Notes: a model not told the origin generated them from the sequence alone. Positions 1 through 10,297 are shown, numbered from the stretch's first letter. The stretch is DNA of 61,988 bases from an uncultured Clostridia bacterium (GCA_944351415.1 CALVPQ010000005.1:1-61988); one strand, 5' to 3'. Numbers and translations: made by a program.

Positions 1-71
1 CTGGTTGGAGAGTGGAGATAAACTCTATTTTTTAGTTTGCTCTGTCGGACAATGATGCAAACTAAGTTTGC

Positions 72-146
72 TGGTGCACCTAGAAGGACTCGAACCCTCG
101 ATAATCGTTCCGAAGACGATTGTGATATCCACTTCACTATAGGTGC
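72..146 (-). tRNA. tRNA-Arg (anticodon UCG)
   Basis: Reverse complement reads GCACCTATAGTGAAGTGGATATCACAATCGTCTTCGGAACGATTATCGAGGGTTCGAGTCCTTCTAGGTGCACCA. It has a 7-bp acceptor stem (GCACCTA/TAGGTGC), a GGTTCGAGTCC T-arm, anticodon loop CUUCGGA and an encoded CCA. Confidence 0.85.
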
Positions 147-392
147 AAAATTTATAAATTTGAAAATAAAAATATTTTTTTATATTTGACCTTATTTGAC
201 CTTAATTTTTTATAAAATTTTATTTATTTTTTATATTTATTTTAAATATTCTTTAAAGATTATTATTTTTATATATTTAAGATAATAATTAAAAGGTTTA
301 AGATATAACTTTTATTTTTCCACTTATGTAGAAAAAGTATTTTTGTTCACAATTTATCCTAAAGAAGAATAAATAATCATGAGGGCAAAATA

Positions 393-842
393 ATGAAATA
401 TAATGATGAGCAAATCCTTAGTCTAGAAGATTATGAAGCTATTGCAAAAGCTTATGCAAATTCGATGAAAAACAAAGGATTCATCTTTGTTCAAGTGGAT
501 AGCAGTGAAGTTAAAACTCTTATTGAGGAGAGTTTTAACTATCTTGCAGAAATAAAAAGTTGTCTTTTTATTATGGGCGGTTTTTTAAATACAGCCAGTT
601 TATATTCACTTAATGAACGACAAATAAAAAAATTACAAATTCTTTTTGACTATTCAAAACCATTTCAACCATTTAGAATGAAACACGATAAAACTTTATG
701 TTTCTTAAAATTTTTAGGGTTAGAAGCCAAACTACACAGAAACCTGCTCGCACTTGCTGATAAAACGAGTTATGAAAGAGAGCTTAAAAAAATTGTTGAC
801 GATAGACTTATAACCCTATCTAATATCTTTATGATTTCATAA
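393..842 (+). CDS. hypothetical protein (149 aa)
   Basis: Intact ORF with no motif I recognise. It converges on and slightly overlaps the next ORF. Confidence 0.45.
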   Translation: MKYNDEQILSLEDYEAIAKAYANSMKNKGFIFVQVDSSEVKTLIEESFNYLAEIKSCLFIMGGFLNTASLYSLNERQIKKLQILFDYSKPFQPFRMKHDKTLCFLKFLGLEAKLHRNLLALADKTSYERELKKIVDDRLITLSNIFMIS

Positions 843-1392
843 AATCTATTGTTTTAGGTATTACGGTATCTATAGTTTTTCTAAATAACACAAATTGTTC
901 TTGTGTATAAGGTTTAGATACATCATCTTCTTCTGCCATATCTGTTGGAAAAATTGAAAGTTCACGAACAAGCATTTTGCAAATATTTTTTCCAATAACA
1001 TAAATAACATTATAGTCATCTATATCATTTTTATATTCAATAGTTTCATAATCATCGCTTTCCATGATTTCATTGTATGCATAACCTAATAAAAATTGCA
1101 ATTTTTCAATAGCAAGCTCGTTTCCGCGTGCAGCTGACACAATTTCCCATTTTAAATATTTTTCATAATTTTCAGGAAGAAGTTGAGGCACACCTGTTTT
1201 ATAGTAGTATGCAAGAATATCCATTGCCACTAAATCCCCTTCTCCTGCTTTTTTCTTTGTTTCAGCAAACTTTTCTTTAAATTTCTGTGGTTGGTTTTCT
1301 ATGTATTCATTCAAGGTTTTTCGTAAATCTGTAAATCCTTTTAATGCATCTTCATAATCAAGATATTCTGGTCTTTTATAAATTCTATTCAT
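829..1392 (-). CDS. hypothetical protein, possibly Sel1/TPR-like helical repeat
   Basis: 187-aa ORF. The segment DILAYYYKTG...KYLKWEIVSAARGNELAIEKLQFLLGYAY resembles Sel1-like repeats. This is a weak call. Confidence 0.45.
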   Translation of the reverse strand: MNRIYKRPEYLDYEDALKGFTDLRKTLNEYIENQPQKFKEKFAETKKKAGEGDLVAMDILAYYYKTGVPQLLPENYEKYLKWEIVSAARGNELAIEKLQFLLGYAYNEIMESDDYETIEYKNDIDDYNVIYVIGKNICKMLVRELSIFPTDMAEEDDVSKPYTQEQFVLFRKTIDTVIPKTIDFMKS

Positions 1393-1464
1393 AATTTTCT
1401 CCCTTACCTATTTTATTATATCATAAGTTTATCTAATATTCGCATATTTTTATAATTTTTTTTA

Positions 1465-2739
1465 TCATTTATTATTTTTTTTGCTTTTTGATATTATTGC
1501 AAGCATTTCATATTCTCCTGTTCTTGCAAACATATCGTAAAGTTCTATACTCTCAATTTTGAACTCGCCTAGCCTTTGCAAATCTCGAACAAGTGTTGCC
1601 ACATTGCATGAAACATATATAAGTTTTTTGAAATTAGTATCTCTTATCGCCTGTATAACTTTTTTATCAACTCCTTTCCGTGGTGGGTCTATTATAATAG
1701 TTTCAAAATTATCAACAAGTTTTGGAAGAATTTCCCCGCAGTCCCCATTTATATTTGTTAGATTTGTAAGATTATTTAATTGTTTTAATAGCTCAGCTTC
1801 CTTATGTTCACTTTTGCCAAGTTCTATTGCTGTTACATTTTTGCATTTCTTACATAACACCCCACTTAAAACACCATTTCCACTATAACAGTTTATAACA
1901 TTTTCGTCGCTTACTTCTTCTAGTATTCTTCTATATAACATATTGCAAACTTCATTATTTACTTGATGAAAACTATATGGAGAAAAACGGCAAGTTAAAG
2001 AAAATTCTTCTTTTTCCAAAAATTTTAATCCACAAACATATATTTTCTTTTGATTGTATGTTTGATAAAGTCCATTATTTATTCCAAGTCTTTTGTATAA
2101 TTGTTTTAAAATATTGTCTTTTAGTAAATTTTTTACATAGAAATTTATAAGACACTCATCGTTTTCTTGCCTTATGATAATGTTTTCAATTTTTTGATAT
2201 AAATTATTTTCCCTAACAAAGTTTTTAATTTCATGCAAAGTATTATTAATCTGCTTTTGCACTAATTCACAGTTATCAATTTCACATATTTCATTGCTAT
2301 TTCTTTTCTTTAGTCCTATCCTTTTATCAGCAACAAATAGTTTGATTTTATTACGATAGCTATAAGGTCTAGGAGAAGAAATAACATTGATTTCGTTATA
2401 ATAATTCAATTTTTTAAGTTGTCTTTCTGCAAGTTCTTTTTTAATTTTCAACTCTTCACTATAATCTATATTTTGATAACTACAGCCCCCACAAATTGAA
2501 AAATAAGGGCATTTTGCTTTAATCCTTTTATCGCTTGGCAAAATAACCTTTTCAAGCTTGCCATGTATAAATTCTTTTTTCTCATCAACAATTTTTAATT
2601 CGACCTGTTCCCCTTTTAGCGCATAAGGGATAAAACAGACTTTTCCATTTAATTTACCTACCCCTTCACCATCATAGCCATAATCAACTATTGTGGTTAT
2701 TATCTTATTTTCCATTGATGTCTTCCAGTTTATTTTCAA
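1465..2739 (-). CDS. 23S rRNA (uracil-5-)-methyltransferase, RumA/TrmA family
   Basis: N-terminal TRAM-like segment (GEGVGKLNGKVCFIPYALKGEQVELKIV), Fe-S cysteine cluster CPYFSICGGCSYQ, and SAM-methyltransferase motifs (DPPRKG, VSCN). The true start may be the internal Met at 2715. Confidence 0.88.
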   Translation of the reverse strand: MKINWKTSMENKIITTIVDYGYDGEGVGKLNGKVCFIPYALKGEQVELKIVDEKKEFIHGKLEKVILPSDKRIKAKCPYFSICGGCSYQNIDYSEELKIKKELAERQLKKLNYYNEINVISSPRPYSYRNKIKLFVADKRIGLKKRNSNEICEIDNCELVQKQINNTLHEIKNFVRENNLYQKIENIIIRQENDECLINFYVKNLLKDNILKQLYKRLGINNGLYQTYNQKKIYVCGLKFLEKEEFSLTCRFSPYSFHQVNNEVCNMLYRRILEEVSDENVINCYSGNGVLSGVLCKKCKNVTAIELGKSEHKEAELLKQLNNLTNLTNINGDCGEILPKLVDNFETIIIDPPRKGVDKKVIQAIRDTNFKKLIYVSCNVATLVRDLQRLGEFKIESIELYDMFARTGEYEMLAIISKSKKNNK

Positions 2740-3301
2740 TATAATTTAAAATTGTTTCTTTTCCATAGCCACTTTGGCTTGAAAAAATAATAAACATTTC
2801 TTCCCTTACCTTTAATTGTTTTGCAATAGCCTGAATACTATTTCTATACTTGCTCTTTGCAATCTTATCGGACTTTGTTGCAATTAGCATAAAAGGCAAC
2901 TGATTATAGATTAAAAATTCCACCATAAGCCTATCTTGCTCTGTTGGTAGATGGCGTATATCCAAAAGCACAAAAATTGTGACAAGAGATTTGGATTCTT
3001 CAAGATATTTTCCAATAAGTCCTGACCATACATCTTGATGTGTTTTGCTTGCTTGTGCATAGCCATAGCCCGGCAGGTCTACAAGTCTAAAAGAATCATT
3101 AATTTCAAAGTAGTTTATCATTTTGGTTTTGCCAGGTGTTGCAGATGCTTTTGCAAGAGATTTTTTATTTGTTAATGCATTTATAAGCGACGACTTGCCA
3201 ACATTACTTCTGCCAACAAAGGCAAATTCAGGCACGCCGTCATCTAAAATATTATTTATATTAGTTACACTTGTTTTATAAACTGCTTTTTTTACTATCA
3301 T
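2705..3301 (-). CDS. engB: ribosome biogenesis GTP-binding protein EngB/YsxC
   Basis: G1 motif GRSNVGKSSLINAL, G3 motif DLPGYGYA, G4 motif TKSDK, and the typical size of 198 aa. Confidence 0.9.
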   Translation of the reverse strand: MIVKKAVYKTSVTNINNILDDGVPEFAFVGRSNVGKSSLINALTNKKSLAKASATPGKTKMINYFEINDSFRLVDLPGYGYAQASKTHQDVWSGLIGKYLEESKSLVTIFVLLDIRHLPTEQDRLMVEFLIYNQLPFMLIATKSDKIAKSKYRNSIQAIAKQLKVREEMFIIFSSQSGYGKETILNYIENKLEDINGK

Positions 3302-3391
3302 GTTTAAATATTACCACAATAAACTTTAAAAAGCAAACTTTTTATTTAAACACCAATCTAATTAATAGTCTTATAACCTATTTTTTTATTG

Positions 3392-3424
3392 TAAAAAAAG
3401 AGAAGTCTTTATTTTGACTTCTCT
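3392..3424 (-). terminator. rho-independent terminator of the 3432..5012 gene
   Basis: 9-bp stem AGAGAAGTC/GACTTCTCT (3399-3407 / 3416-3424) followed by a U-run on the minus strand. Confidence 0.7.
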
Positions 3425-3431
3425 TATATTT

Positions 3432-5012
3432 TTAAGCTTCTAATGTAAATACATATCTTATTGTTATATATGTTACATTTATATCTCTTGCATCAAAGTA
3501 ATCCTTGAAAGTATAATTTCTCATTATCTCATAACTATCTCCAACTGAAATATGTGCATCTCCAAGTATACTATTTGAAAGCCATATATCAGAAAGAGTT
3601 ACTTTTTGATAAGTGCCATCTAAGAATACATACATGCTGTCTAAGTCTATATCGCCAAAGAAGTAGTCATAGAAGTTTGTTTCAAGTTGTGCATAATATT
3701 CTTCTGCTCTATCTTGGAATGCTATATAATCTCCTCCACGTATGTCAATTAACATATAGTTTGTTCCGTCATAGTAGTAAACAGCATCATTTGATAATGT
3801 GTTATCATATAACATTGTTGCTGACCATACTATATCTGGATAGGTGCAATCCCACACAGCATTTACACTTAAGCCATTATTTTCTATAACTGCTGATGCT
3901 AGAGATAGAGTGCCTGATGTGTAGTCATTTCCATTAAGTGTATATGTTACTCCATCATACTCAAATCCAACAAATTCATAGCCAGCTCTTGTTTGTGCAT
4001 AATCTTCAAAGCCTGTTTCAGCATTGTAGTTTATTGTTACAGAATCACTGCTAAGCGCATTATAATTTACAACAACATCATAGTCAAGAGCTGTTTCGCT
4101 AAGATAAATTGCATATTCTCCTACTTCAAATTCAATATTAGAAGCAGTTATTGGTTCTCCAACTGTGTTTACCCAAGCTGTGAATTCATATCCAGGAGTA
4201 AGTGCTCTTTGAACTCTTTCATCATCTTGAGAAATAAGTTGATAGTCTATAAGTGTTTCAGCTGTTACGTAATCTTCTGCTATAACAGTAAGTCTATCTG
4301 TGTCGTAGTATCTTATAATCATCTGATTTGACCATACAGGTCTAAGTATAAGTGTTACAAACTCGCCATTTTCATTTTTATTTGCAACATTAAAATTAGC
4401 AACTGTTGTTCCTGAATAGTTTGAACCTAAACCAGTATAAACATACCAACCTGCAAAATCAGCTCCTATTTGAGGTGTAAGACTTGCAAGTGGTTGCCCG
4501 TATTCTACAGTTTGAACTTCTGTAGTTAAATAATCACCAGCAAAACTTCCAATTTCAGTGCCATCATCATAATTTCCAGTATATTGAATTTGATATTGCA
4601 TAACATTTCTAAGAGCGGTAAGATGTGTTGAACCACTTAATGTGAATGAATAACTTGTTTCAACACACTCGGCATCTTCAGTTCCTACAATTTCTTGTGG
4701 GTTCCCCTCATACCAACCTGCAAATTCATATCCAGTTCCTGTGAAACTTACAGTAACTTCTGTGTTTTTATGCAATGTTATAGATGTAAGAGGCTGTCCA
4801 TTTTCATCGAGTTGTTCTTCTCCATCAACAATAATAACGATTCGAGAACTTCTTTCTCCACTATATTGTTCGTTACCATCGTTGCCACCTTCATATATAG
4901 TAATAGTTGCAGGTGCAGCTTCTGTTACACAAAGTGCAGAACCCACAACAATTAAAGGTATTAACACAATTAATGCACATATTGATAAGATTTTTATTAA
5001 ATGCTTAGACAT
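3432..5012 (-). CDS. membrane-anchored surface protein with Listeria-Bacteroides (InlB B-type) repeats
   Basis: N-terminal TM/signal segment. The G(Y/A)(E/D)F.GW(Y) motif recurs (GYEFAGWYEG, GADFAGWYVY, GYEFTAWVN, GYEFVGFEYDG), as is typical of the Flg_new/List_Bact repeat. Confidence 0.75.
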   Translation of the reverse strand: MSKHLIKILSICALIVLIPLIVVGSALCVTEAAPATITIYEGGNDGNEQYSGERSSRIVIIVDGEEQLDENGQPLTSITLHKNTEVTVSFTGTGYEFAGWYEGNPQEIVGTEDAECVETSYSFTLSGSTHLTALRNVMQYQIQYTGNYDDGTEIGSFAGDYLTTEVQTVEYGQPLASLTPQIGADFAGWYVYTGLGSNYSGTTVANFNVANKNENGEFVTLILRPVWSNQMIIRYYDTDRLTVIAEDYVTAETLIDYQLISQDDERVQRALTPGYEFTAWVNTVGEPITASNIEFEVGEYAIYLSETALDYDVVVNYNALSSDSVTINYNAETGFEDYAQTRAGYEFVGFEYDGVTYTLNGNDYTSGTLSLASAVIENNGLSVNAVWDCTYPDIVWSATMLYDNTLSNDAVYYYDGTNYMLIDIRGGDYIAFQDRAEEYYAQLETNFYDYFFGDIDLDSMYVFLDGTYQKVTLSDIWLSNSILGDAHISVGDSYEIMRNYTFKDYFDARDINVTYITIRYVFTLEA

Positions 5013-5209
5013 AATCCCTCCAATGTTTAGACTTATTATATCACAACTAATTTATTATTTCAATAGTTAAAGTAAAAAAATTTTTAATTTTTAATAAAAT
5101 AATGGTTGTCCTTGCTTTTTATCAATAAAATTCAAAGACCTTCAACTGCTAAAATAAAAATAAGTTATATATTTCTATTATACTCATTATTGGCAAATAT
5201 ATAAAACCA

Positions 5210-5237
5210 CAAAAAAAAAGAAGCCAATTAAGCTTCT
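5210..5237 (-). terminator. rho-independent terminator of 5257..5715
   Basis: Stem AGAAGC/GCTTCT (5219-5224 / 5232-5237) followed by a 9-nt U-run on the minus strand. Confidence 0.6.
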
Positions 5238-5256
5238 TATTCATCATAAAAAATTT

Positions 5257-5715
5257 TTAAAAAGAAGATTTTGTGAAATCATCATCATTTTGAGTGTTTT
5301 CTTTTTCACTTTCTTCAGAAGTTTTTTTACTTTCAGTGGTTATAATTTTTGTTTCTTTGTTCTCTTCTTCAGTTTTTTCATCTTTTTTGCAAAAATCTAG
5401 AATGGCAAAAATTGCAAACACTATGGTTTTTGCAATAACTGAAATAGCACTTAGCCAGATAAGGGCATCACTTGCATCACCTGAATAGGTTTGTGTATTT
5501 GCCATTGTTAGACATGCAGAATAAATTGCTAAAAATGCTTCAACAATTGTGAATATAACAGTTATAACAAAAGCTTTGTGTGAAGTTCTTTTAAGTTCTT
5601 TATCTTCACTTTTAACTATTGTGTAACCACCAACAATAGCAAAAGCAATAATATTTAGATAACCACAAACCCACACAAGAAGTTTTTTCCATCTATTTGA
5701 CCAACCTTCTTTCAT
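5257..5715 (-). CDS. small integral membrane protein with acidic/lysine-rich C-terminal tail
   Basis: Three or four hydrophobic helices followed by the low-complexity tail KKDEKTEEENKETK. No recognised family. Confidence 0.55.
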   Translation of the reverse strand: MKEGWSNRWKKLLVWVCGYLNIIAFAIVGGYTIVKSEDKELKRTSHKAFVITVIFTIVEAFLAIYSACLTMANTQTYSGDASDALIWLSAISVIAKTIVFAIFAILDFCKKDEKTEEENKETKIITTESKKTSEESEKENTQNDDDFTKSSF

Positions 5716-5852
5716 TTTTTCTCCTTTCTTATTTTATATATTCATTTTATAACAATATTGTATAATAATTTTATAAAATTTCAAAATATTTCACAAAAAG
5801 TTATAAAAAAACACAAAATAATCTGCTATATTGTATTATTTTTTTAAAATTA

Positions 5853-5884
5853 TAAAAAAATAAGCATCACTTTTTGATGCTTAT
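5853..5884 (-). terminator. rho-independent terminator downstream of tRNA-Ala
   Basis: 10-bp stem ATAAGCATCA/TGATGCTTAT (5860-5869 / 5875-5884) followed by a U-run on the minus strand. Confidence 0.75.
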
Positions 5885-5887
5885 CTA

Positions 5888-5964
5888 TGGTGGAGAATAA
5901 GAGATTCGAACTCTTGACCTCCTGCTTGCAAGGCAGGCGCTCTAGCCAACTGAGCTAATCCCCC
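5888..5964 (-). tRNA. tRNA-Ala (anticodon UGC)
   Basis: Reverse complement reads GGGGGATTAGCTCAGTTGGCTAGAGCGCCTGCCTTGCAAGCAGGAGGTCAAGAGTTCGAATCTCTTATTCTCCACCA. It folds as a cloverleaf, carries the G3:U70 Ala identity pair, has anticodon loop CUUGCAA and an encoded CCA. Confidence 0.95.
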
Positions 5965-6123
5965 AAGAGCAATATTTAATGCTCTTAAAGATTAACATAT
6001 TTTAAAGAATTTGTCAATAGATTTTAGAAGATTTTTATGAAAAAGTTTGCTAGAAATAAAATTTTTAAAAATCCTTCCCAATTTTTAATACTGGTTTATA
6101 GTATTTTTGAAATTAAACTATAT

Positions 6124-6570
6124 TTAAAGTTCCTTGCTATCCAAAATGATTGTAACTGGTCCATCATTTAAAACATTTATCTTCATATCTGCACCAAAAA
6201 CACCAGTTTTAACTGAAATATTTTCCTTTTCAAGTAAAGTTTTCATATCTTCATATAGTTTGTTGGCTCGTTCTGGCTTTTCTGCTGTTATAAAACTTGG
6301 TCGATTTCCGTGTCTACAATCTCCATATAAAGTAAATTGACTAACAAGAAGTATTTGCCCATCAACATCTTTTATGGATAAATTCATTTTACCTTTTTCA
6401 TCTTCAAAAATACGGAGTTTTGATATTTTTGTTGAAAGTTTTAGTAGGTCGTTCTCTTTATCTTCCTGCCCTATCCCTAAAAAAACAACCAATCCTTTTT
6501 CAATTTCAGAAATAAGTTTCCCATCAACTTTTAAATCTGCTTTCAAAACTCTTTGCACTACTGCCTTCAT
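6124..6570 (-). CDS. dtd: D-aminoacyl-tRNA deacylase
   Basis: MKAVVQRV N-terminus, SQFTLYGD and GNRPSF motifs, 148 aa. Confidence 0.92.
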   Translation of the reverse strand: MKAVVQRVLKADLKVDGKLISEIEKGLVVFLGIGQEDKENDLLKLSTKISKLRIFEDEKGKMNLSIKDVDGQILLVSQFTLYGDCRHGNRPSFITAEKPERANKLYEDMKTLLEKENISVKTGVFGADMKINVLNDGPVTIILDSKEL

Positions 6571-6582
6571 AATTAATCCTTT

Positions 6583-7089
6583 TTAATCTTCATAAAAAAT
6601 AATATGTTCTATTTCAAAATTTCTGTCTTCTAGCTTATCTCTTATAATCGAAGGTTGAAAATTATATTTTCCTATTTCATCAAGAGAAATCCATCTATAA
6701 TCCATATTAACAATCTTATCTCTATCATTTTCGACAAGAGAAAAGTCTTTTTGCTTTTTCTCTTCAATTTCATCAGCTTTTAAAAGATAGAAAAAGCTTA
6801 ATTCATGAAAATCCATCTCTTTCCCTTGGAAAAAGTTTTCGACTATGGCAAATAGATTTTCTACACTAGCGTCTATTCCTGTTTCTTCCTTAAATTCACG
6901 TTCCACAGCCATTTTTGTATCTTCGCCAAGCATAACATGTCCACCTGGACAACACGTAAAACCAGTTTTATTCATTTCAACTATTAATACCTTGTTATTT
7001 CTAATTAGGATACCATTAACCCTAAACTTAAATTTTATTCCTTTTTCTTTATCAATTAATTTTATATCCATTTTTACCCCCTTGAACAA
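6583..7089 (-). CDS. NUDIX hydrolase
   Basis: Nudix box GGHVMLGEDTKMAVEREFKEETGI. The start could be the internal Met (MDIKLI). Confidence 0.85.
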   Translation of the reverse strand: MFKGVKMDIKLIDKEKGIKFKFRVNGILIRNNKVLIVEMNKTGFTCCPGGHVMLGEDTKMAVEREFKEETGIDASVENLFAIVENFFQGKEMDFHELSFFYLLKADEIEEKKQKDFSLVENDRDKIVNMDYRWISLDEIGKYNFQPSIIRDKLEDRNFEIEHIIFYED

Positions 7090-7154
7090 ATATTATACCT
7101 AAAAAATACAGCCATGTCAATAAAATTTTTTTTACACGCTTTTGCCATTAAGTT

Positions 7155-7188
7155 AAAATAAAAAAAATCACTGCCAAAATGCAATGAT
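7155..7188 (-). terminator. terminator at end of alpha operon (after rplQ)
   Basis: Imperfect 8-bp stem ATCACTGC/GCAATGAT followed by a long U-run on the minus strand. Confidence 0.6.
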
Positions 7189-7211
7189 TTTTTAATCAAA
7201 ATTTGTTAATA

Positions 7212-7721
7212 TTATATTAATTCAACGATTGCCATTTCAGCACTATCGCCTCTTCTCTGTCCAAGCTTAACTATTCTAGTATAGCCACCACCTTGACCAT
7301 TCTCTTTATTTCTTGCTGCATATTTTGGTGCATAAAGGTTAAAGATTTTTTCAAGAAGTGGGTGATTAATTCCTTGTGTTCTTGCCTCAAAAGCTTCAAT
7401 TGATTCCTTTGGCTTTCTTTGTTCTTGTCTATCCATAACATAAGCCATTATTGCTCTACGTGCTTGAAGTTTTTTAGGTCCATCATTAGAAACAGTTTTC
7501 TTAACTTTAACTCCCTTTTCATCTTTAATTTCTTTTTGAACTTTTGTGATGTCTTCATAAGAATTGATAGCAAGAGTTAATATCTTTTCTGCCTTACTTC
7601 TAACTGCCTTAGCCCTAGCAACTGTGGTTTCAACTTTTCCAAACCATAAAAGGTCTGAAACAAGTCCGCGTAACATAGAATTTTTTTCTTTACTTGGTCT
7701 ACCTAATTTTGCATTAGCCAT
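7212..7721 (-). CDS. rplQ: 50S ribosomal protein L17 (with internal/C-terminal expansion, 169 aa)
   Basis: GRPSKEKNSMLRGLVSDLLWFGKVETTVARAKAVRSKAEK matches the L17 N-terminal signature. Its position after rpoA also fits. Confidence 0.93.
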   Translation of the reverse strand: MANAKLGRPSKEKNSMLRGLVSDLLWFGKVETTVARAKAVRSKAEKILTLAINSYEDITKVQKEIKDEKGVKVKKTVSNDGPKKLQARRAIMAYVMDRQEQRKPKESIEAFEARTQGINHPLLEKIFNLYAPKYAARNKENGQGGGYTRIVKLGQRRGDSAEMAIVELI

Positions 7722-7742
7722 TATATTTCTCCTTTATAAAGT

Positions 7743-8693
7743 TTAGTCTTCGTCTTTACGAAGTGAAAGTCCATAACTTTCAAGTTTTGCAATAACCTCA
7801 TCAATAGATTTTATACCAAGGTTTTTAACTTTAAGCATATCTCCTCTTGATTTTTTGATAAGGTCTTCAACTGTGTTGATGCCTGCTCTCTTCAAGCAGT
7901 TATATGAACGAACAGAAAGGTCCATTTCTTCAATAGGAAGTTCAAGAAGTTTTACTTGTTTATCTTCTTCGCGAGAAACTAAAATATCGGTGTTTGCGAT
8001 TTGAGCACAAAGTTCAACAAATAAATTAATATGTTCCATTATAATTTTGCCAGCGAGTGAAACAATTTCTCTTGCCGATGTTGTTCCATTTGTTTCAACT
8101 TCAAGTGTAAGCTTATCAAAGTTCACACTTTGTCCAACACGAGTGCTTTCAACATTGAAATTAACTCTCTCTACTGGTGAGAATAATGAATCAACTGCAA
8201 TATAATCAATATCATCAAATTTTTCTTTATTGATAGTGTTTGGAACATAGCCACGTCCATTACCAATCATTAAATCCATATCAAGCACAGCACCATCGTC
8301 CATTGTGCAAATATGAAGGTCTGGATTTAAGATTTCAACATCACTATTTTCTTCAAAATCCCTAGCAGTAACTTCTCCTGCTCCAGTTTTTCTTAAATGT
8401 AAATATGTTACATAATCACGACCAGAGTCTTTGCATTTTACTGCAAGTTGTTTGATATTTAATATAATATCCACAACATCTTCGGTTACTCCACGAACTG
8501 TTGAAAATTCGTGTGCTACACCTGCGATTCTAACTGCAATAGCTGCAGAACCAGGAAGTGCTGAAAGAAGTGTTCTTCTCATAGCATTTCCGAGTGTGAT
8601 ACCATAACCTTTTTCAAGTGGTTCAACTACAAATTTTGCATAAGCACCGTTATCTGTTTCTTCACAAGAAATTCTTGGTCTTTCCATTTCCAT
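7743..8693 (-). CDS. rpoA: DNA-directed RNA polymerase subunit alpha
   Basis: GYGITLGNAMRRTLLSALPG N-terminal domain motif, C-terminal domain LSVRSYNCLKRAGINTVEDL, and operon position. Confidence 0.97.
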   Translation of the reverse strand: MEMERPRISCEETDNGAYAKFVVEPLEKGYGITLGNAMRRTLLSALPGSAAIAVRIAGVAHEFSTVRGVTEDVVDIILNIKQLAVKCKDSGRDYVTYLHLRKTGAGEVTARDFEENSDVEILNPDLHICTMDDGAVLDMDLMIGNGRGYVPNTINKEKFDDIDYIAVDSLFSPVERVNFNVESTRVGQSVNFDKLTLEVETNGTTSAREIVSLAGKIIMEHINLFVELCAQIANTDILVSREEDKQVKLLELPIEEMDLSVRSYNCLKRAGINTVEDLIKKSRGDMLKVKNLGIKSIDEVIAKLESYGLSLRKDED

Positions 8694-8714
8694 AAATAAA
8701 TACCCCCACTTATA

Positions 8715-9341
8715 CTATCTTGAATAGAATTCAACGATAAGTTGTTCTTTAATATCTGCGTCAATATCTTCTCTGCTAGGAAGTGAAAGGATTTTCCCAG
8801 TGAGAGTGTTAGTGTCAAATTCAACCCATTTTGGCATTACAATTTTGCTTCCCTTAAGACCTTTAAACAATTCATTTTCTTGTTTATTTTCTTTAACAGC
8901 AATAATATCTCCTGCCTTAACTATATATGATGGAATATCAACACGTTTTCCGTTAACAGTGATAAGTCCATGATTTACAATTTGACGACATTGTTTTCTG
9001 CTTGCTCCGATGCCCATTCTATAAACGACATTGTCAAGTCTTCTTTCAATTAAAGTAAGCATAACTTCACCGGTAGCACCTTTCATTTTGCTTGCTTTTT
9101 CATAGTATTCATGGAATTGTCTTTCTAGAATACCATACATTCTTTTAACCTTTTGTTTTTCACGAAGTTGAGTGCCGTATTCTGAGAAAGCTACTCTTCT
9201 TTTAGAGTTGCCATGTTGTCCAGGAATTACTGGTCTTCTTTCCATAGCACATTTTTTTGATGTGCATCTTTCGCCTTTAAGAAAGAGTTTGCAACCTTCT
9301 CGTCTACATTGACGGCAATCAGGTTCAATAGTTCTTGCCAT
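8715..9341 (-). CDS. rpsD: 30S ribosomal protein S4
   Basis: N-terminal Cys cluster CRQCRREG...C..KKC, S4 domain RLDNVVYRMG, 208 aa. Confidence 0.97.
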   Translation of the reverse strand: MARTIEPDCRQCRREGCKLFLKGERCTSKKCAMERRPVIPGQHGNSKRRVAFSEYGTQLREKQKVKRMYGILERQFHEYYEKASKMKGATGEVMLTLIERRLDNVVYRMGIGASRKQCRQIVNHGLITVNGKRVDIPSYIVKAGDIIAVKENKQENELFKGLKGSKIVMPKWVEFDTNTLTGKILSLPSREDIDADIKEQLIVEFYSR

Positions 9342-9356
9342 TTAGCCTATCTCCTT

Positions 9357-9758
9357 TTATATTCTTCTAACTTTAGGAGGTCTGCAACCGTTATGAGCGA
9401 TTGGAGATACGTCCTTTATCATGGTTACATTAAGTTCGCAGTTTGCAAGTGAACGGATAGCAAGTTCACGCCCGCTGCCCGGTCCTTTAACAAATACTTC
9501 AACACTCTTAATTCCATGTTCTTTTGCGACTTTTGCTGCATCTTCAACACAAGATTGTGCTGCGAAAGGTGTGCTTTTCTTTGAACCTTTAAGTCCAAGT
9601 TTGCCTGAGCTACACCAAGAAAGAACGTTGCCATCACAGTCTGTGAAAGTTACGATTGTGTTATTAAAAGAAGTTTTAATATGAACTTGTCCAGCAGAGA
9701 TGTTTCTGCTAACTCTTTTCTTTGTTGTCTTTTTGTTTTGTGTATTTTTAGCTGCCAT
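9357..9758 (-). CDS. rpsK: 30S ribosomal protein S11
   Basis: [18 protein letters not shown]...[13 protein letters not shown]. Confidence 0.97.
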   Translation of the reverse strand: MAAKNTQNKKTTKKRVSRNISAGQVHIKTSFNNTIVTFTDCDGNVLSWCSSGKLGLKGSKKSTPFAAQSCVEDAAKVAKEHGIKSVEVFVKGPGSGRELAIRSLANCELNVTMIKDVSPIAHNGCRPPKVRRI

Positions 9759-9769
9759 ATCTATTCTCC

Positions 9770-10147
9770 TTATTTACCTTTCTTTGAGCTTCCAGCTACT
9801 ACTTTCTTAGGACCTTTTCTAGTTCTTGCATTATTTCTAGTGTTTTGTCCACGAACAGGAAGTCCTTTTCTATGACGAACACCACGATAGCAACCTATTT
9901 CGCCTAGTTTTTTAATGTCCATATCGACTTTTTTACGAAGTTCACCTTCAACAATTACATTATGTTCTATATAATTACGAAGTTTAGCAACTTGGTCATC
10001 AGTAAGGTCTTTAACACGAATATCTGCACTGATTTCTGTTGCTTTACAAATTTCATTAGAAGTATGTCTACCTATTCCATAGATGTAGGTTAGACCAATT
10101 TCTAATCTTTTTTCTCTGGGTAAATCTACACCAGCAATTCTTGCCAT
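9770..10147 (-). CDS. rpsM: 30S ribosomal protein S13
   Basis: [26 protein letters not shown]. Confidence 0.97.
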   Translation of the reverse strand: MARIAGVDLPREKRLEIGLTYIYGIGRHTSNEICKATEISADIRVKDLTDDQVAKLRNYIEHNVIVEGELRKKVDMDIKKLGEIGCYRGVRHRKGLPVRGQNTRNNARTRKGPKKVVAGSSKKGK

Positions 10148-10171
10148 TTAACTATTCCTCCATTTTTAAAA

Positions 10172-10285
10172 TTAGCCTTGAACTTGTTTGTGTTTAGGGT
10201 TTTTGCAGATGACCATAACTTTTCCATCTCTCTTTATAACTCTACACTTATCACAAATTGGCTTTACAGATGCTCTTACTTTCAT
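10172..10285 (-). CDS. rpmJ: 50S ribosomal protein L36
   Basis: Absent from the ORF track because it is too short. The minus strand translates to [37 protein letters not shown] (37 aa) between infA and rpsM. Confidence 0.95.
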   Translation of the reverse strand: MKVRASVKPICDKCRVIKRDGKVMVICKNPKHKQVQG

Positions 10286-10297
10286 TTTTTCTCCTTT

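Noticed and set aside
1-71. A second tRNA, or a terminator, next to tRNA-Arg (hairpin TTAGTTTGC...GCAAACTAA at 32-66).
   Set aside because: No cloverleaf can be drawn and no U-run follows the stem on either strand. The window edge truncates the context.
3554-5070. Several 85-112-aa plus-strand ORFs (3554..3889, 3993..4331, 4695..4955, 4741..5070).
   Set aside because: All are antisense to the well-supported repeat-protein gene, are Cys/Phe/Ile-rich and lack an RBS. Such ORFs are typical shadow ORFs in AT-rich DNA. The same reasoning applies to the other antisense ORFs within r-protein, secY, ABC and AAA+ genes.
8627-8824. 65-aa minus-strand ORF spanning the rpsD-rpoA junction.
   Set aside because: It overlaps the ends of two highly conserved genes in a different frame and is not supported by any motif.
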